DNA from: Octopus sinensis
Lineage: Eukaryota
DNA length: 64,000 nt
Direction of reading: 5' to 3'
NCBI RefSeq assembly: GCF_006345805.1
Contig: NC_043004.1
Location: 97,774,001 to 97,838,000, forward strand
Below the pieces are notes generated by a model, which saw nothing but the letters and a program-made list of their open reading frames with translations, did no database searches and had not been told where the DNA came from. A program made the position numbers and the translations under genes. Below, piece by piece: positions 36,960 through 48,938 of the stretch (positions are counted from its first letter, which is position 1; the number at the start of each line of letters is the position of its first letter).

Positions 36960-37255
36960 TTGTGCACCCTCTTCAAGCCTAGCCAGGCTCATAGGCCCAG
37001 TTTTTCAGTTTCTGTGGCATATGTGTTCCCCCCCAGCTGGACGGGACACCAGTCCATCGCAGCATTACTCAAGAAACAGGAAGACAGAGAGAGAGAGAAA
37101 GTTGGGGTGAAAGAGTACAAAAGGGGTCACCACCACCCCCTGCTGGAGCCTCGTGGAGCTTTAGGTGTTCTCGCTCAATAAACACACACAACGCCAGGTC
37201 TGGGAGTCAAAACCATGATCCCACCAACCACGAGTCCACTGCCCTTACCACTGGG
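36960..37255 (-). mobile_element. tRNA-derived SINE family C
   Basis: tRNA-like head, GAGCAAAACAC box, GATGGACTGG..TCCCGTCCAG tail. Confidence 0.75.
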
Positions 37256-37397
37256 GAAAGTAATGATATTCTAAAAATAATTTATGTGAAATGCCTCCAC
37301 ATATTAGAAAGCAGTGAGGGCCATGTTGTTTATGAGTATATCCATCAGTTGACATTGAATGTTATTTTCATTTAAGATGATTAAGGTTTAAATATGT

Positions 37398-37700
37398 GGA
37401 GGCACAAGGCCTAGTGGCTAGAGTAGCAGACTTGTGAGTGAGAGGTTGTGGGTTCGAATCTCAGACCAGGTGATGTGTGTGTTTATGAGCAAAACACTTA
37501 AGCTCCACACAGCTCCAGCAGACGGTTAAAGTGATCTTCTGCTGACTTTTTTTGCCACAACTTTCTTTTATTCTTTCCTCTTGCATCTAGCAGCTCACCT
37601 GTGACATACCAGCATCCTGTCCAGGTGGGGGAAAATGAAATTGGGAAACTAGCCCTTTTCAGCCAGGCATGGCTCAAGAAGGAGCAAACAGCAACATGGT
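37398..37700 (+). mobile_element. tRNA-derived SINE family C
   Basis: GGAGGCACAAGGCCTAGTGG...GGTTCGAATC (A and B boxes). Confidence 0.75.
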
Positions 37701-37982
37701 TTAAATATGATTTCTAATGATGAATCATATTTGGAGCAGGATAATAGAGTAAGAATTGGTTTTGATTATGCCAATTCTTACTATGTTTGTGAACCTTTAA
37801 TTATCCTTGATTCAATATTCAAATAACCTGTGATCAGACCATGTGTTTTCAGACATTGTATTTAGGTTTATATAATTCAATTTATTTCCATTCTTTAAAA
37901 AAGTCAACATGACTTAAATGATATTTGGCTGCTATTTCTAGCAGAGTAAATAACCAGGTTCACATGTTTGTTTATTTAATTC

Positions 37983-38438
37983 TCATCGTCGTCATCATCA
38001 TCATCATTTAGCGTCCGTTTTCCATGCTGGTATGGGTTAGACGATTTGAATGGGACTGGTAAGCCAGAGAGCTGTACTAGGCACCAATCTGATTTGGCTT
38101 GGTTTCTATGACTGGATGCCCTTCCCAAACACCAACCACTCCAAGATTGTAGTGGGTGCCTATTACATGTTGCTGGCACAAGTGCCGTTTATATGTCACC
38201 AGCATGGGTGTCTTTCATGCATCACTGGCACTGGCCAATACCACAGTTTCTTGTGACTTGACATATCTTCTCAAAAGCACAGCAAATCGCCAAAGATTTT
38301 GATTATTTGTCATGGCCTCTGTGAGACCTAACATCCAAAGATCATGCTTCACCACCTCGTCCCATGTCTTCCTGGGTTGACCTCTTCCACAGGTTCCCTC
38401 ACAGTTAGAGATCAGTATTTCTTTACACAGCTGTGCTC
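37983..38438 (-). mobile_element. RTE LINE 3' fragment with ORF remnant
   Basis: UTR plus CCACCTCGTCCCATGTCTTCCTGGG (GRPRKTWDEV remnant). Confidence 0.8.
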
Positions 38439-38892
38439 ATTTGTTTATATATTATGTCAGTTATCTATATTTGGAATATCTAACTGCTTTCCTTGATATT
38501 TTCTCTAGGTTCTTCAATTTCTTTTGAAAATATATATTACCTCCAAATTCATTATCAGTTATAAGAGTTCCACAAGGAATTTCATACCATCCCCAAGTTA
38601 GGGTTGTTTTCCATAAGCTTTGTTTATAAAGGGAACTACAGTGGTATCTCTGCAGGAGTCAGATAACTTTACATAATGTTAAATGAGCTGAAAGAAAGGG
38701 AAACAAGAATATTTTAAAATCTTTCAGCTTTGAGTCTGCCAAAGGAGAGGAATTGCTTATTTAATCTAAACTTAATACATCAACACAGAAATTCAGAAAT
38801 ACAAGACATCATATGATATTGCTTATAATATATGTATGCACAGACACACAAGCACATACACACATATGTATCTGTCTGTCTGTCACTCTTGT

Positions 38893-38941
<49 letters not shown>

Positions 38942-38998
38942 ATATATATATATATACACACACGTGTATCTGTCATTCTATATGTGTGTGTGTGTATT

Positions 38999-39038
<40 letters not shown>

Positions 39039-40440
39039 TGTATAAAATTAATATAAGCATTTTATATAATGATAATTCTTCAGAGTAGATCCTTATCATA
39101 TTAATGAAGTAATCTCATTGATGTACTAGGTTTAGATTTAACTAAGAGGATAAAATTGATCAAAGATGATGTAACTACACAAGAAATGAGATGGTTGCAC
39201 GAGCATCTTAATAAAGAATTCCAAACTATGAGGACACTCATTGAAATGGAATTAAGGTATGAGCATAAACTGTTGAAGCTTAATAGAGTGACACTAGAGA
39301 TGAGGATCTTAACAAGAGAAGATCTCAATGAAATGGGTTCAAAACCGGGAAGGTGTTTACTGAGAAGGATTATCCAGGGAAATTTAGATTTGTGAAAATG
39401 CACCGTTTCAAGACATTAAAATTGAAGGCAGGATGCCAAACATTCTTCAATGTAATAATTCATTTACTTTTTGGCCCATGGCCAGCAGTTTTTAGAAGAA
39501 GGGAAGTTGATTACATCGACCCCATTGCTCATCCGGTACTTATTTTATTGACCCCCCCCCAAAAGGATGAAAGGGAAAAGTTGACTTCGGTGGCATTTGA
39601 ACTTGGAACATAAAACCAGCAGGAATGGAATTCTTTAATAGAATAATAAAGTGACTCACATATTACTGTTTCAAAACTAAACAATTTTAAGTGGCACCAG
39701 TACCTGAACGACAAGCCTATATGTGTGGAAGACAACGATTTCACTTTGCTTAACACATCTTATCAAGTACCGCAAATTTCCACATCCCCCAGTCCCTAGT
39801 CATTTCTTTAGTGAGGCCCAGTGTCTGAAGATTGTTTCTCACCACTTCATCCCACATCTTTGTGGGTCTACTCCTTCAACAGGTATTCCTCATAATTAGT
39901 GTTTGACACTTCTTTATGCAGCTGTCCTCTTCCATACACATATGTATATGCACATGTATACACACACACACACCCATACAACCAATAACATATCCACATC
40001 CATGCATTCCTACATCTTGCATATATACGTATGTATACATACACACATACACACACTCCCACACTAACCAGCCTTATTTCTGCCACACCCAGACATTTAG
40101 ACTCATTAGCTTCTTGTCCAGCTGCTCAATGAAAGAATTAATAGATTCCTCTTCCGGAAGGAAATTCTATTGATGAGCAACTGATCCTACTCTAACAACA
40201 CTACATGACCGTCCTTGATCAATAGCAGCCTATTTTCCAGTGGCCTTCTTGGATTTTCTGCATTTCTTTTTTGGGGTAATCTAAAGAAATGGTGTGTGAA
40301 TCTAAAGAATGGTCTGCAAGACTTTGAAGTTGCATGGATCCAAATCAAACTGTTTTAAATTTTATACATACAAACACACACACACACACAACACACACAA
40401 ACACATACACATACACACACACATGCACACACATTATTAA

Positions 40441-40769
40441 AGTAATAAAGTTAATGTCTGGTTATAGAGTGACCAATGGATTTCCATCCCCAAAGGCTGC
40501 AGCTTGGCAGATGACTCATCAGACTCTATTCCAAGGACAAATTTGACTCTTAACCTCTGGTCTAGGGGAAATGACCCATCTTCACCATTGGTGGATTATT
40601 TTTTCTTTGATGACTAAATGACCAGTGATTGTAACAAAACTTCTACCTCCCAGAGGCGAAAAGTTAAATTTGTCCTTTGACTAGAATCTGATGCGTAGTC
40701 CACGAGGCTACAACCTTCGTAGATTCGAAACCACTGGTCACTCTATTACCAGACATTAACTTTATTACC
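40441..40769. mobile_element. Kolobok-like MITE, 329 bp
   Basis: TTAA on both sides, RR...YY termini, near-identical 35-bp ends, arms continuing about 120 bp at lower identity. Confidence 0.65.
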
Positions 40770-40891
40770 TTAATACTTTACTATTCTATACTTTAGAGTG
40801 TGCTTGTTTTTTGGATAGAAGATACATCGATGACACATATGTGTGTGTTTGTGTGTGTGTGTGTACCAGATGTTAATAATATACTGATACT

Positions 40892-41312
40892 GGCGCAGGA
40901 GTGGCTGTGTGGTAAGTAGCTTGCTAACCAATCACATGGTTCTGGGTTCAGTCCCACTGCGTGGCATCTTGGGCAAGTGTCTTCTGCTATAGCCCCGGGC
41001 TGACCAATGCCTTGTGAGTGGATTTGGTAGACGGAAACCGAAAGAAGCCTGTCGTATATATGTACGTATATATATGTGTATGTGTATGTGTGTGTGTTTG
41101 TGTGTCTGTGTTTGTCCCCCTAGCATTGCTTGACAACTGATGCTGGTGTGTTTAGGTCCCTGTCACTTAGCGGTTCGGCAATAGAGACCGATAGAATAAG
41201 TACTGGGCTTACAAAGAATAAGTCCTGGGGGTCGATTTGCTCGACTAAAAGCGGTGCTCCAGCATGGCCGCAGTCAAATGACTGAAACAAGTAAAAGAGT
41301 AAAGAGTAAGAG
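40892..41312 (+). mobile_element. SINE family A, full length
   Basis: Complete head to tail. Confidence 0.92.
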
Positions 41313-41339
41313 CTGAATTTGTATTTGAAGTAGAAAACT

Positions 41340-42420
41340 TTAGCAATATTTATAGATGAGAAGAGAACATATGCATCTTTAAATTGTTTTGGAGTCTGAA
41401 ATTGCATAAAATACAATACAAAAAGCAGATTTATAGCTAGTGCACGAAAGATTATTAACAGTTAATTTGCTATGTTGTTTAGTGATGTATTTGCAATGCA
41501 ATATACCAAAATACCGATATAAATCTTGAGGAAGCTCAAAGGCATAAAAGAAATTAAGACAATGCATATGTATAATTTTCCTGTGCTGTATACGAATTTA
41601 GATTTAAAATTATTGGAAGATGAGATACATAAAATCGTGGATAAAATCGTAGCATTTGGGGAGAAATTTAAATATACAATGATTAAAAGTGGTGAAAGTT
41701 TTCTCTCTAAATTAAGATATAATTGATATACAAGTTGGATAGAGAATAATCTGAAAAGGGTAATTACATTTGTGATTAATTATGTATGTTTTTAGTTTGC
41801 AGGTAGAGTGCTTAAACAAGTTAAGGGAGTCTGTATGGGTTGTAACTGTAGTCCTTTGATAGCTAACAGATCTCATCATGTGAGTTTAATTTCTTTAATT
41901 ATTTATGCAAACAAACAAACAAACAAACAAACAAATAAATAAATATATAAAATATAGGTTTAATTAAGCAGCTACATAGGTATATAGATCCTATTATTGT
42001 TTTTTAATTACAGAATTATAAAAACAAATTTATGTTAATGATTTGGAAGTAAACAGAAGCACCTCACAAATTATTTAGATGTTACCATAAAAAAAAATAA
42101 TAAAACTGTAAAAAGACATGCAATAACTAATGTTTATAATAGTCGTAACAGAAATGATGGTCTAAATTTTTAAGTGGTAGCAACATCTTAAAGCATCCAA
42201 CTGCACTCTAGATGTTTTGAGTAACAACATTTTTTCCAGTCAGATAAGATACGGTAGAATAGATAATTGATTTGACATGTTTGTAGATAAAGTAATCATC
42301 TGAAGGAATGAATAATTAGGCCATGATACGATAATAAATTGCTAATTAAACACTTTAGCAGTATCGTAGGTATTCACAGTAAATAATATTTTGAAGAAAG
42401 TTTGGAGTTATTTCAAGCCT
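41340..42420 (+). pseudogene. Penelope-like element reverse transcriptase relic
   Basis: Collinear degenerate motifs: YNFPVLYTNL (FDFSTLYT), KQVKGVCMGCNCSPLIAN (Q..GIPMG.NCAP), HRYID (RYIDD), YLDV, SQIRYGRI (SQL.RY.R). Confidence 0.75.
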
Positions 42421-42609
42421 GCAACTGAGTTGCAAATAGACATTTGAGAAGAATGACTAATAAACTGAATTAGGATATTGTAGTAAAAACATATTTGGCT
42501 GAGGGCTGGAATTAGATATTTAGCTATATTGTTCCACATGTTCCAGAATAGTGTGAGATATATCATGGAGACGGTAGAGAAATTAGAAGGGGGGTATGTT
42601 TTCCTTAGT

Positions 42610-42862
42610 GGAGGCATGTGGCTTAGTGGTTAGGGTGTCAGCATCATGATCGTAAGATTGTGGTTTCGATTCCTGGACTGGGCGATGCATTATGTTCTTG
42701 AGCAAAACACTTCATTTCACGTTACTCCTGTCCACTCAGCTGCCAAAAATGAGTAACGCTGCAATGGACTGATGTCTCATCCAGCTTGGGAACACATATG
42801 CCATTGAAACCGGGAAACCAGGCCCATGAGCCTGGCTAGGCTTTAAAAGGGTGCATTTATTT
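42610..42862 (+). mobile_element. SINE family C
   Basis: GGAGGCATGTGGCTTAGTGG...GTTTCGATTCC. Confidence 0.8.
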
Positions 42863-42885
42863 ATTTTTTTAATGTTTTCCTTAGG

Positions 42886-43125
42886 GGAGTAACATGGCTT
42901 AATAGTTAAGTTGTTGGACTCATGATCATGAGGTTGTTGTTTTGATTCCTGAACCAGTTGACACATTGTGATCTTGAGCAAAACACTTCATGTCATGTTG
43001 CTCCAATCCACTCAGTTGGCAAAAATTAGTAAACCTGCGATGGACTGGCATCCCATCCAGGTGGGGAATATATATATATATTTACCACAGAAGAAACTGG
43101 CCCTATGAGTCACTATGACTCAGGA
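42886..43125 (+). mobile_element. SINE family C, diverged, tandem to the previous copy
   Basis: Same architecture. Confidence 0.7.
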
Positions 43126-43820
43126 CATAATTATGTTTCCTTTAGTATTTATTTGCTAAGTATTATAAAGACTCTTCACACATGGTGAATTTGATGTATT
43201 TTTGTTTTAATTGTAGAAATCTTTCTTCCTTCCTCATCTTCCTATTTCACTCACTTTCTCAGGCTGATACGTGTTCTCTCTTTCTAGCAATGTTGGTAGA
43301 TTGCATAGCTTTCTCATGTAAGCAAAGTTGGTAACTTTCAGATGACGAACAATGAATTCATATGTATAAATATATCCAACTTACACAGAGTGCAAGTGAC
43401 AGGGGTGAGCTGTTTCTGGGGGCTTGGTAATCCATAATAATGTTGGTAGATTTAGTCCATTACAAAATGCGGATGCATAGATGTATTAAACATAGGATGA
43501 GACGAGCGTCCTTCATCAGGGTAGGGAAGATCCCATATCTTAATGCAGAGAAGTTCGAAATTGGAATGCTTAAATGTGGAGAGCTAAGTGCATTAGAGGG
43601 GGACAGGGGTATTAAAAGAGGGAATGGTGAGAAGAGAAAAGATAGTTCAGAGTGAGGGGTTAAAAATGAGGCTAATAAGGGGGTAGTAGTAGAGGTTGAA
43701 AGTAGAAAGGGGAATAGGAGGGCGAAGCAGATAGTATATGAATGGTAGTCTATTATGCTGAGTTTGTTAAAGTGTAAGGATGAAAGATATAAAATTATTG
43801 GTTGGGATAGTGATTTTATA

Positions 43821-43917
<97 letters not shown>

Positions 43918-44203
43918 TGCGTGCGTGTGTGTGTGTGTGTGTGTATTCGTAGCCACTTTAACATAGCTGGGATCTTTTCCTTTTGATAGACGGAATTCAA
44001 CACAATTTCTAGTTAACTAAACAATTTGAAACTTCGTATACTGGTGGAATGTGTCAAAAGAAAACATTATTTTCACTTGACTTTTTTGATAAATTTCTAA
44101 TTCGTTTGTTTAACGTAGTTTAATTTTTCGAATTTTAAACAATCGTATGCTCTCTTTTGAGCTGAAATCATTTGCTGCGTTATCGATATCGATAAACAAA
44201 CGA

Positions 44204-44552
44204 GAGCGGACTCTACTGCGATTTTTTTGCCCCAAGAGTACATCTCCTCTAGATGGTTAACCATGCACAGCTGCCTCTGCTTATCGGAAAATCAGTGAAT
44301 GTGTGTTCATTTGAAATATATATATATATTCCGTGCAGAAGCGAGCTGCTATCATTTCTAGTAGACGAGGTGTCCAGTACTGGGGAGTGGCAGAAATAGC
44401 CCGAAACCACCACTGGTCTACTGGTCCCGTCGCTAGGAGATGGTAGATATTCGCTCTCCCTTGCTCGCAATTTCATCGGATGCAGCTGTGCTTCGTTAAC
44501 CAGCTAGACGAAATGTCCTCTTTGGGTTACAAAATCACAGTGGAGTCCGCTC
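44204..44552. mobile_element. MITE with about 75-bp diverged TIRs (GAGCGGACT...AGTCCGCTC)
   Basis: Inverted similarity between 44204-44280 and 44478-44552. Confidence 0.7.
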
Positions 44553-44683
44553 GAACGGACAGCCATGCCAAAGTGGCTACGAATATTACTTGTCAGTACA
44601 AATATGTTGATCTCTTGGAGAGATTTTAGATGAAGCAGTTTTGCTTATATATGTTGCTTATATAAGCAGTTTGCTTATATATG

Positions 44684-44998
44684 TTGGTGGCACGTAAAAG
44701 CACCATCCGTTCGTGTCCGTTGCCAGCCTGGCCTGGCCCCGTGCCGGTGACACGTAAAAGCACCATCCGTTCGTGGCCGTTTGCCAGCTCTGTCTGGCAC
44801 CTGTGCGGGTGGCACGTAAAAAGCACCCACTACACTCACGGAGTGGTTGGCGTTAGGAAGGGCATCCAGCCGTAGAAACACTGCCAGATCTGACTGGGCC
44901 TGATGAAGCCTTCCAGCTTCACAGACCCTAGTTGAACCGTCCAACCCATGCTAGCATGGAGAACGGACGCTAAATGATGATGATGATGATGATGATGA
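44684..44998 (+). mobile_element. RTE LINE 3' UTR fragment
   Basis: UTR plus (GAT)n tail. Confidence 0.85.
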
Positions 44999-45002
44999 TA
45001 TA

Positions 45003-45433
45003 TATATTATATTAAATTAGAGACAAAACCACTATTAGGCAAATCATACAATGAAAAACTTAAGCCAATACATAAGATTATTTAATTTATATTATTTAAA
45101 TATATAACAAAATTATTAAAAAAATATAATTAATATCACACTACGATCGTTTCATGGCTGTTAATTTCTTTAAATTTCCGAGTCACAGTCATTCATTAGG
45201 TGGTTTAAACCTCGCCAAGATAAATATTTAAACCACCTGATGAATGACTGTGACTCGGAAATTTTAAGAAATTAACAGCCATGAAACGGTCGTAGTGTGA
45301 TGTTAATTATATTTTTTTAATAATTTTGTTATATATTTAAATAATATAAATTAAATAATCTTATGTATTGGCTTAAGTTTTTCATTGTATGATTTGTCTA
45401 ATAGTGGTTTTGTCTCTAATTTAATATAATATA
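45003..45433. repeat. 431-bp foldback (207-bp arms, 17-nt loop)
   Basis: Arms 45003-45209 and 45227-45433; 5 mismatches found by eye. Confidence 0.95.
45232..45296 (+). ncRNA. Putative type I hammerhead ribozyme
   Basis: ACCAC-CTGATGA-ATGACTGT...ACAGCCAT-GAAAC-G-GTC-GTAGT. Confidence 0.5.
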
Positions 45434-45508
45434 ATATTTTACTATAAAATTGGATTCAATCCTAAATCTGATTTTCCCCTGTAAGTTTGGATTTATTCCC
45501 TAATATTT

Positions 45509-45583
<75 letters not shown>

Positions 45584-45678
45584 AGATATATGTATATATC
45601 TATATACGTATATATGCATATGTTTATATCTATATATGTATGTATATATCTATATATGTATGTATATATGCATATATA

Positions 45679-45839
45679 GGCGCAGGAGTGGTTTGTGTGG
45701 TAAGTAACTTGCTAACCAACCACATGGTTCCGGGTTCAGTCCCACTGGCACCTTGGGCAAGTGTCTTCTACTATAGCCTCGGGCCTACCAAAGATTTGTG
45801 AGTGGATTTGGTAGACGGAAACTGAAAGAGCCCTTCTTA

Positions 45840-45922
<83 letters not shown>

Positions 45923-46138
45923 TTTGTGTCTGTGTTTGTCCCTCTAGCATTGCTTGACAACCGATGCTGGTGTGTTTAGGTCCCCGTAACTTAGCGGTTC
46001 GGCAAAAAAGACCGATAGAATAGGTACTAGGCTTACAAAGAATAAGTCCCGGGGTCGATTTGCTCGACTAAAGGCGGTGCTCCAGCATGGCCGCAGTCAA
46101 ATGACTGAAACAAGTAAAAGGGTAAAAGAGTGAAAGAG
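45679..46138 (+). mobile_element. SINE family A, full length
   Basis: Complete head to tail. Confidence 0.92.
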
Positions 46139-46288
46139 ATATAACTAACTCGACATACGTATTGAAATAACATATCTATCGCACAGCCTTTTGGCATAAT
46201 GTTACCCATTGTATTTCTATAAAGTAAGCTACAACAGTATGTGATGTCATTATGCATTCGTTAATGATATAAATACTTGTATAATGAA

Positions 46289-46589
46289 CTAGTAGTATCG
46301 CCCGGCGTTGCTCGGGTTTATAAGGGAAATAACTAAAGCATTTTTAGTGAGTTACTTCCCTTATATAATCCGAGCAAAAAATGCATTAAAAATGCGGAAA
46401 AATGATGATAATTTTTTTTAAAATTGTAGACTGATCTTAGACGCGCGCTAATACCCAGAAGGACTCGATATGAATTACGACTATAAGATACCCGCTTTTG
46501 GTTAAACTGCACCGCAAAATGTGGGAGTAGTTAGGAATCTAAATCGGAGTAGACAGACACACACACAACTTCAGTTTTATATATAAAGA
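46289..46589 (-). mobile_element. Non-autonomous Helitron, 301 bp
   Basis: Minus strand A|TCTTTATATATAAA ... CCCGAGCAACGCCGGG hairpin ... CTACTAG|T: 5'-TC, 3'-CTAG, A/T target, no TSD. Confidence 0.85.
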
Positions 46590-47543
46590 TAAGCTTATTT
46601 TCATATACCACCGTTCAAGGAGTGAAAACAATGAAACAATTGAAATGCAAATATCGCAAATTGTGGATGACTTGCAGTGCAAAGAGATTTGCTACAGATC
46701 CAAGCTTACTGACAAAAAATATTTGAAACCAGCAGGCAAGAATAAAATATGATAATAATCATGTGAATGAATGCTTATCAATTATAGTACCATTGTTCTA
46801 CGTGCGAAAGGGTTCAGCAACAGCGCTCAATAAAGGAGAGAATATCAGATTTAGAATTATAATCGTCCATTAAATTTTTTTTCGAAATTGATCTGAACTA
46901 GTTTTATTGATTTAAACTATATATGGTTAGTGATTCAGTTTCTAAGGATTATACTGGGTTTGCTAAAAATCCTTTCAAGTTAACATATAATCAATACAAA
47001 TATTATTTCAGATATCCTGACAGATTTTTGACACAAATTTATCAAAGTACATCTGCTCTTTAAAACATAACAATATCAGAATCTATAAAATCATTCCGAA
47101 GATATTAAAACATGCCAAATCGTTTGATCTTCGTATTTTGAAAAAAAAAAGATATAAAAATTTGTTCTATAGGAATTCACCCGTTCAGTGCTAAAGTACT
47201 TTTGTCGCCATAAATCGAGATTTTTGCTGAAATATTTTAAAATGCCTAACGGCTAAACACTGAATGGCTGATTCTCATGCTAGAAATCATGATATTTTTG
47301 TTGCTAACGTGCGTCGCATATTCAGCGGATTTTATTTCATGCATAAATATAAGATCAGTTGATTCAGTTTTTTATTGCATGAAGGTCAGTAAAACGTGAA
47401 ACTCAAAGTCATAATTCGTGGAATTTCATTTTAATATAAAAAGAAAATTAAATATTGATGGTCTTCCAGCATAGCTACAGTACTGTAGCTGGAGCAAATA
47501 AAAGAATAAGGAAATAAAAGAATACACACATACACACACACAC

Positions 47544-47593
47544 GTAAAATACTGAAATCGGTTGACTGTTTTAGTGTTGGTGTCTGACGCCAT
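47544..47593 (-). CDS. Candidate first coding exon MASDTNTKTVNRF(QYF)
   Basis: AAAATGGCG (Kozak/YY1-type) in CpG-rich unique DNA; two phase-2 GT donors after 47553 and 47544. Confidence 0.35.
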
Positions 47594-48202
47594 TTTAGTT
47601 GAATCAGTCCGTTTTGATAATGTTATGTTTCGAGTGATATACTCTGACACACAAGTCTTTTCGCGAGAAATGCTTTTCAATTTATTTCTCGGCCCTGGAA
47701 CACTGAAAATCGAAAAATGTTGCTTATTCAAGTACAGAAAATATCTTTTAACCATACATGAAGGGCAGACAGTTCAAGCTGGATATCAAAATGGAAGATA
47801 GAGCAAATACAAATTCAGTTTCATAGGGTATCTATAGTGAGAAATATCGATGAAATAGGAGCGGGTACATATTCAGCGGAAAAAATGTTTATGACAAAGA
47901 GAAAAGAAAACATATATATTTAAACAGAGGCATACACACATGTATATGTCTAAACACGCACGCACATTCACACACACACAGACACACAGACACACACGCA
48001 CACACATACACAATGATTTTTAATCAGAACAATAAAATCTACGAATGACAGAAAAGGGAAATTAGTTCTCCACAAAAGATGAGGTAAAAAAAAAATTTTT
48101 TAAATGAATTGAGTAATTTGAATCAAATCATCTATTACGTAAAATAAAATTAACTCAGTCATCGCAAACATAACATCTATATATATGTATATACGCACCC
48201 CC

Positions 48203-48236
<34 letters not shown>

Positions 48237-48834
48237 GTGTGTATATGTGTATATATACATATATATATATGTATGTATATATATATATAAAAACTTGGAG
48301 AAGAGAAATAGAGAAATAACGCGTGCGTTCGGTCATATAGTAATATAATAAATAAATAAAATATATGCATATATACATACATATATGTACATACTTACAT
48401 CTACATGTATATATACATGCATACATATATATATATATATGAGTACAGGACACCACAAATAAACGTAGAACAACGAGAGACGAAAACATAAAAATCAAAC
48501 AAGGAAACGGACTTTTTTTAAACAACGAAAAAACAGAGTACAGGACAAACAATACAAGGAAAATTCCCCTTCATCAGCTGTCCCTGGTTCGACTCAAAGT
48601 GTGTTTCGAAGGTAAGGACAGAACACAGTCGAAGCAGTCCTTCCTGCAAAAGGAATTAAATGAAATTCTTTTGCAGATGGGTAAAACAAGTGACAAAAAC
48701 AGGACGTAAAAGCAATACAAATGAAGAAAAAACAATACAAATGAAGAAAAAAACAGTACAATAAAATGAAGAAAAAACAGTACAATAAAAAACAGGACAG
48801 GAAACAGACAATAAGGTCTTTTTTTTTCTTTTTT

Positions 48835-48938
<104 letters not shown>

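Noticed and set aside
37398-37470. tRNA-like sequences with A and B boxes
   Set aside because: SINE heads without an acceptor stem; no true tRNA gene seen.
44896-44925. CTGATGA-AGCC..GCT hairpin in the RTE UTR (also near 21557)
   Set aside because: No GAAA follows, and other copies read CTGGTGCA at this position; not a hammerhead.
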